Made by a program: the position numbers and the translations under genes. A stretch of DNA of 63,321 bases, counting the filler, from Chiloscyllium plagiosum (lineage: Eukaryota), in assembly GCF_004010195.1 (NCBI RefSeq). It is 4 parts of one record of this genome, joined end to end, with 100 filler letters (N's around TTAATTAATTAA, not from the genome) between each part and the next. Parts side by side here need not be neighbours in the genome. Positions count along the whole stretch, not along the records: positions 35,931 to 54,766 come from NC_057714.1; positions 54,867 to 63,321 come from NC_057714.1; 2 more parts are not named here. One strand, 5' to 3'. Each line of letters opens with the position of its first letter. The first letter of the stretch is position 1. Below, one piece after another: positions 50,602 through 61,069 of the stretch. The notes under the pieces are model-generated. The model saw only the letters and a list, made by a program, of their open reading frames with translations. It was not told the origin of the DNA and ran no database searches.

Positions 50602-50793
50602 AATATTCTGGAAATGTGTTCTCGAGAACATGAGTTCAAAGCCATTCTCTTCTGCCTCTGTTACTTTCATGCGTGTGTTGCCGAAAGACGCAAGTTTGGT
50701 CCTCAAGGTTGGAACCGAAGCTATCCTTTCAATGCTGGAGATCTCACTATATCGGTCAATGTCCTTTATAATTACCTGGAGGCAAACATTAAA
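50602..50793 (+). CDS. DNAH11: Dynein heavy chain AAA6-lid exon, 192 nt, phase 0-0
   Basis: ttgcag|AAT...AAA|gtaaga; [64 protein letters not shown]. Confidence 0.96.
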
Positions 50794-50915
50794 GTAAGAG
50801 ACACTCTTCTGAATATTTATTACAACTAACAGCTCAATAGACATTTATCCAGTAGACACTGAAAATTAATGCTGAAAGAAGTTTACACGTTGAGACGCAA
50901 AACCAATGATAGGCA

Positions 50916-51222
50916 AGATAAGATTAGATTCCCTACAGTATGGAAACAGGCCCTTCAGCCCAACCAGTCCACACACCGACCCTCCGAAGAGCAACCCACC
51001 CAGACCCATTCCCCCTAACTAATGCACCTAACACTATGGGCAATTTAGCATGGCCAATTCACCTAACTGCACATCTTTGGACTGTGGGAAGAAACCGAAG
51101 GAAACCGATGCAGACACAGGGAGAATGTGCAAACTCCACACAGACAGTCGCCCAAGGCTGGAATCGAACCAGGGTCCCTGGCGCTGTGAGGCAGCAGTGC
51201 TAACCACTGAGCCACCGTGCCG
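50916..51222 (-). mobile_element. HE1/V-SINE-type SINE, full length
   Basis: Minus strand GGCACGGTGGCTCAGTGGTTAGCACTGCTGCC...GGTTCGATTCC, V-domain, TCTAA tail. Confidence 0.92.
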
Positions 51223-52004
51223 TGATTAGAGGCAACTTAAGTTGGAAAAACTTCTGCAAATCCCACCATGCATTAGAATAAAATTGCCATTGGAGTCTGT
51301 TTGAAAAAACAATGAGGCCTGGACTTCATACCCCAATTTGGTTTGTTTGTTTTTGTTTAAGAGCAAATCCCCAGAGCCAATCATTGTGGTTTAAGATGAT
51401 TAGTCCATCTCTCAGACTGTAGAGGGAACACTTCTCAGTTATGTGCAGCATTGTTTTTGCCTTTATACAAGTGTGTAAAGGTTTGTACAAAGCTCCCAGT
51501 GGTTATGTTTGGATGTGCTGGGGCCCAGGTTTGTCCTGAATCTATTTGGCAACGTCCACTCTCACCGTGAAATATATTGAGTAACTAGCATTCAGAATAA
51601 ATACATTTTAATCAGTAAAGTATAAGTTGACTTCAGCTAGCTATGTGCCAAAGTGGAAGAATGTATTGTTGCTGATCTGCAGCCCATAAAACAAAGAACC
51701 ATTCAAGTCCACAATGTAAATAGTATAGTCTGAATGCTCAATCCCATTAGAGACAAAATTGGTTAGCTCCTGAAAACAGGTGGAGGATGCATGATTAATC
51801 TGCAGCTATTCTTTCCTATATAGATAATACACAGCTTTTACTTCTTTGAAATATTTAACTCCAGCACAAAAAAAACTAGCTCCCAGTAGAATTTCAGTGC
51901 AAAGTCGGATCAACTGATCAATTATACACTGTAGTTAGTTTATCTCTTTTGATCTCATGTCATTATTTTGTGACAAGTACAAGTAACCAAGGTGTGTAAT
52001 ACAT

Positions 52005-52209
52005 GGAAAAGCGCAGCAGGTCAGGCAGCATCCAAGGAGCAGGAGAATCAACTTTTCGAGCATAAGCCCTTCTTCAAGATTCCTGAAGAAGGGCTTATGC
52101 CCAAAACGACAATTCTCCTGCTCCTTGGATGCTGCCTGACCTGCTGTGCTTTTCCAGCAACACATTTTTCAGCTCTGATCTCCAGCATCTGCAGTCCTCA
52201 CTTTCTCTT
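52005..52209. mobile_element. 205-bp palindromic Penelope-pLTR mini-element with two back-to-back hammerhead motifs, 13-bp TSD
   Basis: Arms 52005-52077 and 52082-52155 are reverse complements; GTGTGTAATACAT at 51992-52004 and 52210-52222; CUGAAGA-A-GGGC(UUAU)GCCC core on + at 52083, mirror core on -. Confidence 0.85.
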
Positions 52210-54119
52210 GTGTGTAATACATTCCAAATTAGATCATTGATAAAAATTAATTAAATTACAATCATATCCATTTTGCTTACTATCTAAAGCATTGTGTTTA
52301 AAGGCAGTCTTTGCTGCGCGACCCTCATCATAGTTGCACTGTGTGTGACATTATTGCCTTGAAACTTTACTGGAACAAGCACACTGTTCAATCTCATAAA
52401 CATTGAGCCAACCAGTCTACCTATGTTCTGCACTTTTTGAACACAACGTACACATCTACGCATTTTACAGTGTGGGAATTAGAAAGGTTTGTTTCAGGAG
52501 CTGTGATTTATTTTGTACACATCAAGCCAAAAAATAAGGCAATAAGGGAACTTAGGTTGAGTGGGACAGCAAGGGAGCAGAGAATGGGGAGACAGCAGCA
52601 TAGCAAGCACAAGGAAGCCATAATGGGAACATTGCTTTCAGTTCTGGTTTCAGACACTACGGACACACAAAGATGAATGCCAACAGGACAGACTTCCTGT
52701 TTTAGTGCATTTGACGGAAATACACTGATGTTTAAACACTCTACAAGTCTGACTCCAAATTTTAAATCCTAATCTAATCTTATTATCAATGCATTCCTGA
52801 AATTCTGCAATACCACACCGTAATAAAGCATCAATATGCATCATGACAATAGCTGAAGTATGTCCTTTAACATGCCGCTGAATATGTGGGATTTATATTC
52901 AATTAAGTTTTTCACAAAAAAGATCTTAAAAATAAAAACCCTAGTTTAGTTTACGTGGATTCTCTTCTGCATCTGCTGCCTCTTTGGACAGTTTCTGACA
53001 TTGTTCTCTAAAAATCTGGCTGTCAAACTAATTCTATTGCACTCCCATGAATATTTGACATAAAGAGCAAAATGGAAAACTTGAATATTACTTTCCTGCC
53101 ACTGGATCAGTTCACTCTAACATTTCAACTGCCAACAACTCAGTCCACCCCAGCTATTAAATTTGCTTTGGTTCTAATGATGCTTTACCCCTATAAGTTG
53201 TATCTATAAGTATTTTGATAGGATAGCCTCACATTTGAAATAAAGCTGATTGACCCTTATCTGATACCTTGCAATATACTTCAAACTCTCTCCAACTATC
53301 CGTTCCCTTTTTTTGTCCCTTTTTCCACTTTATACTTAAATGCATGCTTAAATGTATTATCAACTACAAACGTTCTTGAGGATTTTGACTCTGTTACCTG
53401 AATGTCTATAGTCTTTGTTTTAATATCCAGTGAATGCAAGCTGTGGCCTTGAAGGACTGCTGCTATGGAATTTCTCTCATTAATTTGTGACTTGACATAG
53501 GTCCTGTTTAGGATTATTGTCACAATTTGTATTGAACTTTCTTGGCAATCTATGGACCTCATTTATTGGCGATCATCCTAAATGTTCAACCAAAGTGTAA
53601 ACTTGCTCAAAGCTTTACTTGCATGTTCCATGATGATTACACCTCTTCATTCATTGGACATCTCAGGACATATGACACCTGTGTATATACTGTGTGTAAT
53701 TGTCTTGTGACTGTCATTGTCGTGTCATGTGCGTAATGATCACTTACAGGACGAAAGTGCAGCCTATGACCAACTGCAGGACACACATGATTGTCATGTT
53801 TATTTCTATCACATGCTTAGACTCTGAGATTTTAGAATTAACCAAAGCAAAATAATTGTAATGAAGAAAATAATGCCACCAAAACATGGCAGATGATTTA
53901 AGCCCTCTGGTTTTAATCCAATGATTTCAAAGTCCTGTTAACCCAAAGTAATTCCTTTAGTTTGGACAATGCACTTGTCACTCTGCGATTCAAAAATTAT
54001 AACAGAGGGAAGTGATTCTGAGATTTCTTGTTGGGAAATTGCTGAAGTCTAAAATGCAGGTTAGGTTGATTAAACAGCTTGAAAATGTTCACCAGATCAG
54101 AGAGAGCCAAGGTGAATTA

Positions 54120-54766
54120 GTTTTTTTTTATAGATATTTTTATGGAAAAGGAGGATTTGAGATTTTTTACAAAATTACAAAAAAAGTACAAAATAGTGTA
54201 TTCCACTTTACAATATAATAACACCACCAATATAATTTTTTTTTAAAAACTAACTACTATTCTATACTACAACTACCAAAACATAAAATAGGATATCATA
54301 CGTTACTAACAATAAAAAAAGGAGAAAAGTAAATAAGTAAGTAAATAAATAACTAGATACATATTCAAAAATAAATTTATATCAAGTCATAACAAAACCC
54401 ATATTTATACAGGATTCCTCCTCCCAGGAGCCCCTGAACCAGCCAGAGCCATCCCCACGGCTCAGCAAAGGCCCTGAACAATATGGTCGATATGTCTGTG
54501 TCAATGTAGTTCAAAAAGGGCTGCCATGTTCTATAAAATTATTCCATTTTTTGGTGCATCATATTCGTGTGGAAGTCAAGGGGAATATATTCCATGACTA
54601 TCCTATGCCAGTTTGAAAGTCCTGGGGGACCTTCAAATACCCAATTCACTAAGATGTTTTTCCTTGCACAAAAGGAAAGGATAGTGAATAATTTCCTCCC
54701 TTATACATCCAAAGAGGGGAAATTTGGGGATTCAAAGTTTGTGCGAAGATTTGTAGCTCGGGTGCT
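54120..54766 (-). mobile_element. L1-clade LINE 3' end (ORF2 C-terminus and 3' UTR)
   Basis: Minus-strand translation FCARKNILVNWVFEGPPGLSNWHRIVMEYIPLDF...E*FYRTWQPFLNY resembles fish L1 ORF2 C-termini. Confidence 0.7.
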
Positions 54767-54866
54767 NNNNNNNNNNNNNNNNNNNNNNNNNNNNNNNNNN
54801 NNNNNNNNNNTTAATTAATTAANNNNNNNNNNNNNNNNNNNNNNNNNNNNNNNNNNNNNNNNNNNN
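54767..54866. other. Artificial contig spacer (44 N + TTAATTAATTAA + 44 N)
   Basis: Same construct as at 19563 and 35831. Confidence 0.97.
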
Positions 54867-56399
54867 TCACATTTTTCTGAATACAATATAAATCTTGAAA
54901 TATTTTAAAACCAAATACATTTAGAAATAGGAAAGTTTTTCTACAGTTTACAGATTAATGGTGAGACCACTTTCACTTTATAAGTGTATGTCCTTATTAT
55001 TGAGACTCCGAGTAAGTGGAAAGGCTGCTCTCTGATCACCCTGGGAATACCCCTTATGCTGTTTAACAACGCCACCAGGAGCACCTCTCAACCTTCTTTG
55101 CTTAAAAGTAAAATCAAGTAAATCAAGCCTCTCTCTTCAGTTTGAGTACTCTCTTGTCTTAATACTTCAGAAATGTATCGCATTTATATGTGTTACATTT
55201 TTCATCAGCGATTGGTCTGTCCACCTGAACAGTTGGTTTATACCCTCTTGGAACCTCACACTTTCCTCCTCGCTGTGAACCACCAGCTTATCTTTGTGTC
55301 ATCCACAACGTTATGTATCATTCCCCACAAACTCCATCCCTCCCATTCTCATCATCATCATTTATGAAGTTCACTTCTTAGCCTTGATTTTCTTACCGTT
55401 CTCTTGTTATTCCTATTTTTGTGAATTTATAGCGTAATGCAGTTGAGGTTTTTTATGAGGGAGACACGAATTTGATTTTGGACATGAAGCTGAATTCGCC
55501 TTTTATATTATGTCCTTCTCTATGATTTATTCATAAGGCTTGTACGTAATTAATATTGGATTAGGTTTAGGTGGATTTTCCTGCAACATTTGGGTTTTAC
55601 GTGGACCTGGGTAATGTTTTTTGTTTCATTCCTGCAATAGTCAGAGCTGAAGGAACTTTCTGTCTGTACGATGAACACAGATTCACAATTTTGTTTGAAA
55701 GAGTTCGAGTGATGAGGATAAAGATTCAATTAAATTCGACATTTAGAATCGTGGCAGGAGATTAAATCTTATTGTAAAGTCACTTTGAATTGGGAACAAA
55801 TTATTAAAACATGCAACCACTTTTCTTCATATTGTAAAAACAATTTCGCATAATGTTCTTAGAGCAGCATGGATCTTACAGCTGCTCCTGGGATTGCAGG
55901 CAGTGAAATATTTAATGTAGTCATTTTTTGCAGTTGATATAGTTATTATAGTTTATTAATTTAACATCTTTTGTTTATGTTTTGTTTCATTAACATACAA
56001 ATAAAAATAAACAAAATAAAAAATGCAATTTTCTTTGAAACGAACTTTTGTTTTAAAAGAACTTTTTAAGGGTAGTTTAAGAAAGAAAGGAAACGTCTAT
56101 TTCAATTTTAAAAGGTTTCTTTTATTACACTGCATATGTGTTTTCGGTTTGAAAAATTAATCATCTCTGTTTAAAATAAGGAGTTGAACCTTCCTTCCAG
56201 AGAGTCCTACATGTTTTCAGCTCCGGAGGAGACTACTTTCTTTTCAGGATTTATTGAAGAGGAATATTTTATGGATTTAATTAGCTAAATTGTTGATTTT
56301 GTTTAAGTTTTATATGTTTGATAAGTATATGTATATATTTTATCATTTTTAAAACATTATTGGCTGCAGGTAATGAAAGGTAACATCTATATAAGTTGT

Positions 56400-58414
56400 C
56401 AAAAACAATCCTGCTTTGAGGCATAATGTTATTAAGGCCATATGTCAGGCACAGAGAGAGATGGTTAGAAGATTTAGAAAAAAACAATGTTGTCCAGCAA
56501 ATCACTTAGATAGTTGGGTGTCTGTCAGGAAAGATAAGAACGTAGTTCAAATGTCTCCGGTGGCTATTCCTCTATCAAAATGCTTTTCAGCTTTTAGAAC
56601 AGCTGAGGGGGATTGTCTCTCTGAGGAAAATGGAATAGCAATCAATGATTGGACAATTGGAATGATTCTTATGTTCAGCAGTGTTTGAGAAGTGTTAGTA
56701 GAATTATTGCTTCAGTGGACTTTTCTATCAAGGGCATCAACAGGAGATTCTGAGGCAGTGACCATTAATTTAGGATGGTTTGTTGCTTTTCCTGTGCGAG
56801 GATTAAGAACGTTTCGAAACATTTTAAGCACGTTGTTAAAGGTGAGATTGAGTAGCCAAACATTATTGTAGATAATGGCAGGAATGACATTTTTAGGGAA
56901 AGATTAAAACAGTAGAGTGTACAAAAAAGGGAATAGGGATAACCCCGGGAATTACAGGCCAGTTAGTCTTACTTCATGGTAGGCAAAGTAATGGAAAGGG
57001 TACTGAGGGATAGGATTTATGAGGATCTGGACAGACACTGCTTGATTAGGGACAGCCAGCACGGATTTGTGAGGGGTAGGTCTTGCCTTACAAATCTTAT
57101 TGAATTCTTTGAGGAGGTGACCAAGCATATGGATGAGGGAAGAGTATTGGATGTAGTGTACATGGATTTTAGTAAGGTTCCCCATGGTAGGCTTTTGCAG
57201 AAAGTCAGGAGGTATGGGATAGAGGGAAATTTGGCCAGTTGAATAGAGAACTGGCTAATCGGTCGAAGTCAGAGAGTGGTGGTAGATGGTAAATATTCAG
57301 CCTGGAGCCCAGTTACAAGTGGAGTTCCGCAGGGATCAGTTCTGGGTCCTCTGCTGTTTGTAATTTTTATTAATGACTTAGAAGAGGGAGTCGAAGGGTG
57401 GGTCAGTAAATTTGCAGATGATACGAAGATTGGTGGAGTTGTGGATAGTGAGGAAGGTTGTTGTCTGCTGCAAAGGGACATAGATATGATACAGAGCTGA
57501 GGAGTGACAGATGGAGTTCAACCCTGTCAAGTGTGAGGTTGTCCATTTTGGAAGGACAAATAAGAATGTGGAATACAGGGTTAACGGTAGGGTTCTTAGT
57601 AAGGTGGAGGAGCAGAGGGATCTTGGGGTCTATGTTCATTGCTCAGGTGGATAGAGCTTGCAAGAACGCCTGTGGTGTATTAGCGTTCATTAGCAGAGGG
57701 ATTGAATTCAAGAGTCGTGAGGTGATGTTGCAGCTGCACAGGACCTTGGTTAGGCCACATTTGGAGTACTGTGTGCAGTTCTGGTCGCCTCACTTTCGGA
57801 AAGATGTGGAAGCTTTGGAGAGGGTGCAGAGGAGATTTACCAGGATGTTGCCTGGAATGGAGAATAGGTCTAACGAGGATAGGTTGGGAGTGCTAGGCCT
57901 TTTCTCCTTGGAATGGCGAAGGCTGAGGGGTGACTTGATAGAGGTTTATAAGATGATCAGGGGAATAGATAGAGTAGACAGTCAGAGACATTTTCCTCGG
58001 GTATAACAGAGTGTTACAAGGGGACATAAATTTAAGGTGAAGGGTGGAAGTTATGGGGGGATGTCACGTGTAGGTTCTTTCACCAGAGAGTGGTGGAGGC
58101 ATGGAATGCGCTGCCTGTGGGAGTGGCAGAGTCAGAATCATTGGTGGCCTTTAAGCGGCAATTGGATAGGTATATGGATGGGTGCTTAAGCTAGGGCAAA
58201 TGTTCGGCACAACATCGTGGGCCGAAGGGTCTGTTCTGTGCTGTATTGTTCTATGTTCTATGTTCGATGTTAAGAGGTGAGGGAGAGTATTAAAAGTAAA
58301 ACCGTTAAAGCAATACTTTCTTGTTTATGTCCAATGCCAAACTCAACTGGGAAGGAACAAAGGGTTAAAGGAGAAAAATCTACGGCTGAAGAGCTATTGT
58401 GTTATTGAGGGATT
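56400..58414 (+). mobile_element. Old CR1 ORF1 (SGNH esterase) remnant split by a younger CR1
   Basis: WVSVRK..SPVAIPLS, VCCFSCARIKNVS...IIVDNGRNDI before 56918; the ORF1 remnant resumes at about 58272-58414. Confidence 0.6.
56918..58270 (+). mobile_element. Younger 5'-truncated CR1 LINE (RT and tail)
   Basis: [64 protein letters not shown], (TTCTATG)n tail. Confidence 0.95.
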
Positions 58415-58914
58415 NNNNNNNNNNNNNNNNNNNNNNNNNNNNNNNNNNNNNNNNNNNNNNNNNNNNNNNNNNNNNNNNNNNNNNNNNNNNNNNNNNNNNN
58501 NNNNNNNNNNNNNNNNNNNNNNNNNNNNNNNNNNNNNNNNNNNNNNNNNNNNNNNNNNNNNNNNNNNNNNNNNNNNNNNNNNNNNNNNNNNNNNNNNNNN
58601 NNNNNNNNNNNNNNNNNNNNNNNNNNNNNNNNNNNNNNNNNNNNNNNNNNNNNNNNNNNNNNNNNNNNNNNNNNNNNNNNNNNNNNNNNNNNNNNNNNNN
58701 NNNNNNNNNNNNNNNNNNNNNNNNNNNNNNNNNNNNNNNNNNNNNNNNNNNNNNNNNNNNNNNNNNNNNNNNNNNNNNNNNNNNNNNNNNNNNNNNNNNN
58801 NNNNNNNNNNNNNNNNNNNNNNNNNNNNNNNNNNNNNNNNNNNNNNNNNNNNNNNNNNNNNNNNNNNNNNNNNNNNNNNNNNNNNNNNNNNNNNNNNNNN
58901 NNNNNNNNNNNNNN
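58415..58914. other. Assembly gap (500 N)
   Basis: Run of N. Confidence 1.
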
Positions 58915-58989
58915 AGGATATCGATGTTTTGAACCCAGGAGATGGAGAATAAAATCATCCCATTCCTGGTGCAACAGACAGCAACAAAC

Positions 58990-59285
58990 ACACAAAATTG
59001 CCTGCACCTCACATTCATTCAGCTTGAACTCTATCTGCTATCTGTCAGTCTATTGACCTATTTCATCAAGATTATTTTGTATTCTTATAAAACATTCTTC
59101 ACTGTCCACTGTACCACCAGTTTTGGTGTCATCCATAAACTTACGAACCATGCCTTCGATATTCTCACGCAAATCATTTACATAAATGACAAATAAAGAA
59201 AACTCAGAACCAACCTCTGTGGAACACTGCTGGCACAAGCCTTCAGTTCGAAAAGCAACCGCCCACCATTACTCTGTTTCCTGCC
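58990..59285 (-). mobile_element. CR1 RT fragment
   Basis: LFVIYVNDL...RKFMDDTKTGG. Confidence 0.8.
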
Positions 59286-59294
59286 ATTGCACCA

Positions 59295-59480
59295 ATTGAA
59301 AGTGCTGGAGAGAAACCCCACAGTTCAGGCAGTATCGGAGCAGAGAAAAATGGAATTAACTTTTTTTGAGTCCAACATAACGTGTTCAATATAGGGTCAT
59401 ATAAGACTTGATATGTTAACTCTGTTTCTCTGCCCAGTTCCTGCGTCATCTGTTGCATTTCTCCATCATTTTGCATTTGC
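59295..59480. mobile_element. Old palindromic pLTR-like element (second family)
   Basis: CAGAGAAAAATGGAATTAAC...GAGTC mirrored by GACT...GTTAACTCTGTTTCTCTG. Confidence 0.5.
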
Positions 59481-60298
59481 ATATCAGATTTCCACTATCT
59501 CTAATATTTTTCTTTTTCTTGATTGCTATGGATGTTGGTTATATTTGGGGAATATGCCCCATTCCTGTTCCTATCACTTGTGCCAGTGACACATGTATTG
59601 CACTGGAGTCTGTTTCTTCTTTAAGTTCTGAAAATAAATGCGCAGTTCTCACCAATATAATTTTGATTTAAAAGGCCTTTTAGGGACAGCTGCACTTGAT
59701 GAAAAGTAGGAATAGTTTATTAATTATGATATTGTCTGTGTGTTTTATGACTAGATATGTCTCCTCAGTCTCTGAACATTTTCAATACGTTTCTCTGAAT
59801 AATAACAACAAAGATGGGTTGCAGCCCATCATCACTGTACCAGCTCAGTATGAGCTTTGTCTTCACTCTTACTCTGCAGTAACTCACTATAACCCAACAC
59901 ATTTTGTAATCTGTGTCTGTTTTTATTTCTGTATATCCGATATCAGATTCTGTATATCCGATATAAACAATCTTAACAACCTGTATAACCTGTGATTAAA
60001 CAGTCTACATATAAAATATAATTATGTACATCACATTTAAAATTGTCCTATTCCATTCACATTGTCGTTCAGCATTCCATGTACCAAAGCTCATCTGTTA
60101 TCTTGCTCTGCATTGCATTTCACTCCATTTGTCAGAAACAATGATGGCAGAATACTAGTGACTGGGAGATATTGCTGCACTCCCCTCAGGTCTCCTCAGC
60201 CAGTGGCCGCAGCCCTTTCTGTCTCATTGCTAATATCATATTAATTCCATCCCTTACTCATTCATTCATGACTTTTAATAAACAAGGTTATTGTACAT

Positions 60299-60909
60299 TG
60301 TTATGGGCCAGGCTCAACCACTCAAAACATTCTTAAGCACGTAGCTCAGTCCGTAATGTTGCCATTTGTTGAAGGTAAGTGTATATTGGATATTCCCAGA
60401 GTGAATTAGTTGATCCGACTGCCGACTTTTAAACAAACTGAATGTATTTGTAAAAATAAGGAATGAAACACAAAGAACCAAAAAAATCGTACCTGAATAA
60501 TTCAACCTATCTAAAACTGACAGGCTACCTCGAATTAAGGGTGCTGATCCAAATTACTTGCAACAATCCAATTTAAAAAAAACCCTGAGTACAAAGAGTA
60601 AACATTACACAAAAGAGCTTATAGTTTACAAAGTCAGAGGACTGAAGGAAGGGGAGAGCGTCCAGTTTCAACTAACCCTCGAAATGAACTGACCTGTGCA
60701 GCTGGAGAGCTGGCCACATCCTCTTGATTACACCATTTTCCTAAAAGGCTTGAAAGCCTTCTTCCCGAGGCATTATCTATTAGGCAAAAAACAAAGGGCC
60801 CCAATGAAGCATTCAATATTGAGACATGTAGGAACATTGGGTCGTTTAGAACCTCTATGAAAAAAAATCAAGGACAACATAAACTTGTAAAGATACTACC
60901 TGTGTGACA
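60299..60909 (-). repeat. Putative 3' LTR of the Gmr1-like element
   Basis: Minus strand begins TGTCACAC right after a purine tract (ATTGGGGGAGT) and ends CCCATAACA; the distal boundary is inferred. Confidence 0.55.
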
Positions 60910-61069
60910 ACTCCCCCAATATAAAACTTAATCTTCAATATCCAAGATAGCTTCAGTTTTCAAAACTCCCAAAAATATTAGTTCGTATTCTGCAATGCAC
61001 ACGTGCATTCGTTTACTATAAACATGCAAACATGCACAACTACATCCAGATTCAATGTGTGGTACTTCC

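Noticed and set aside
58380..59018. Long ORFs of 177-212 aa (also 8231-8948)
   Set aside because: They are open only because they cross N runs; only the GIY-YIG part at 8619-8825 is meaningful.
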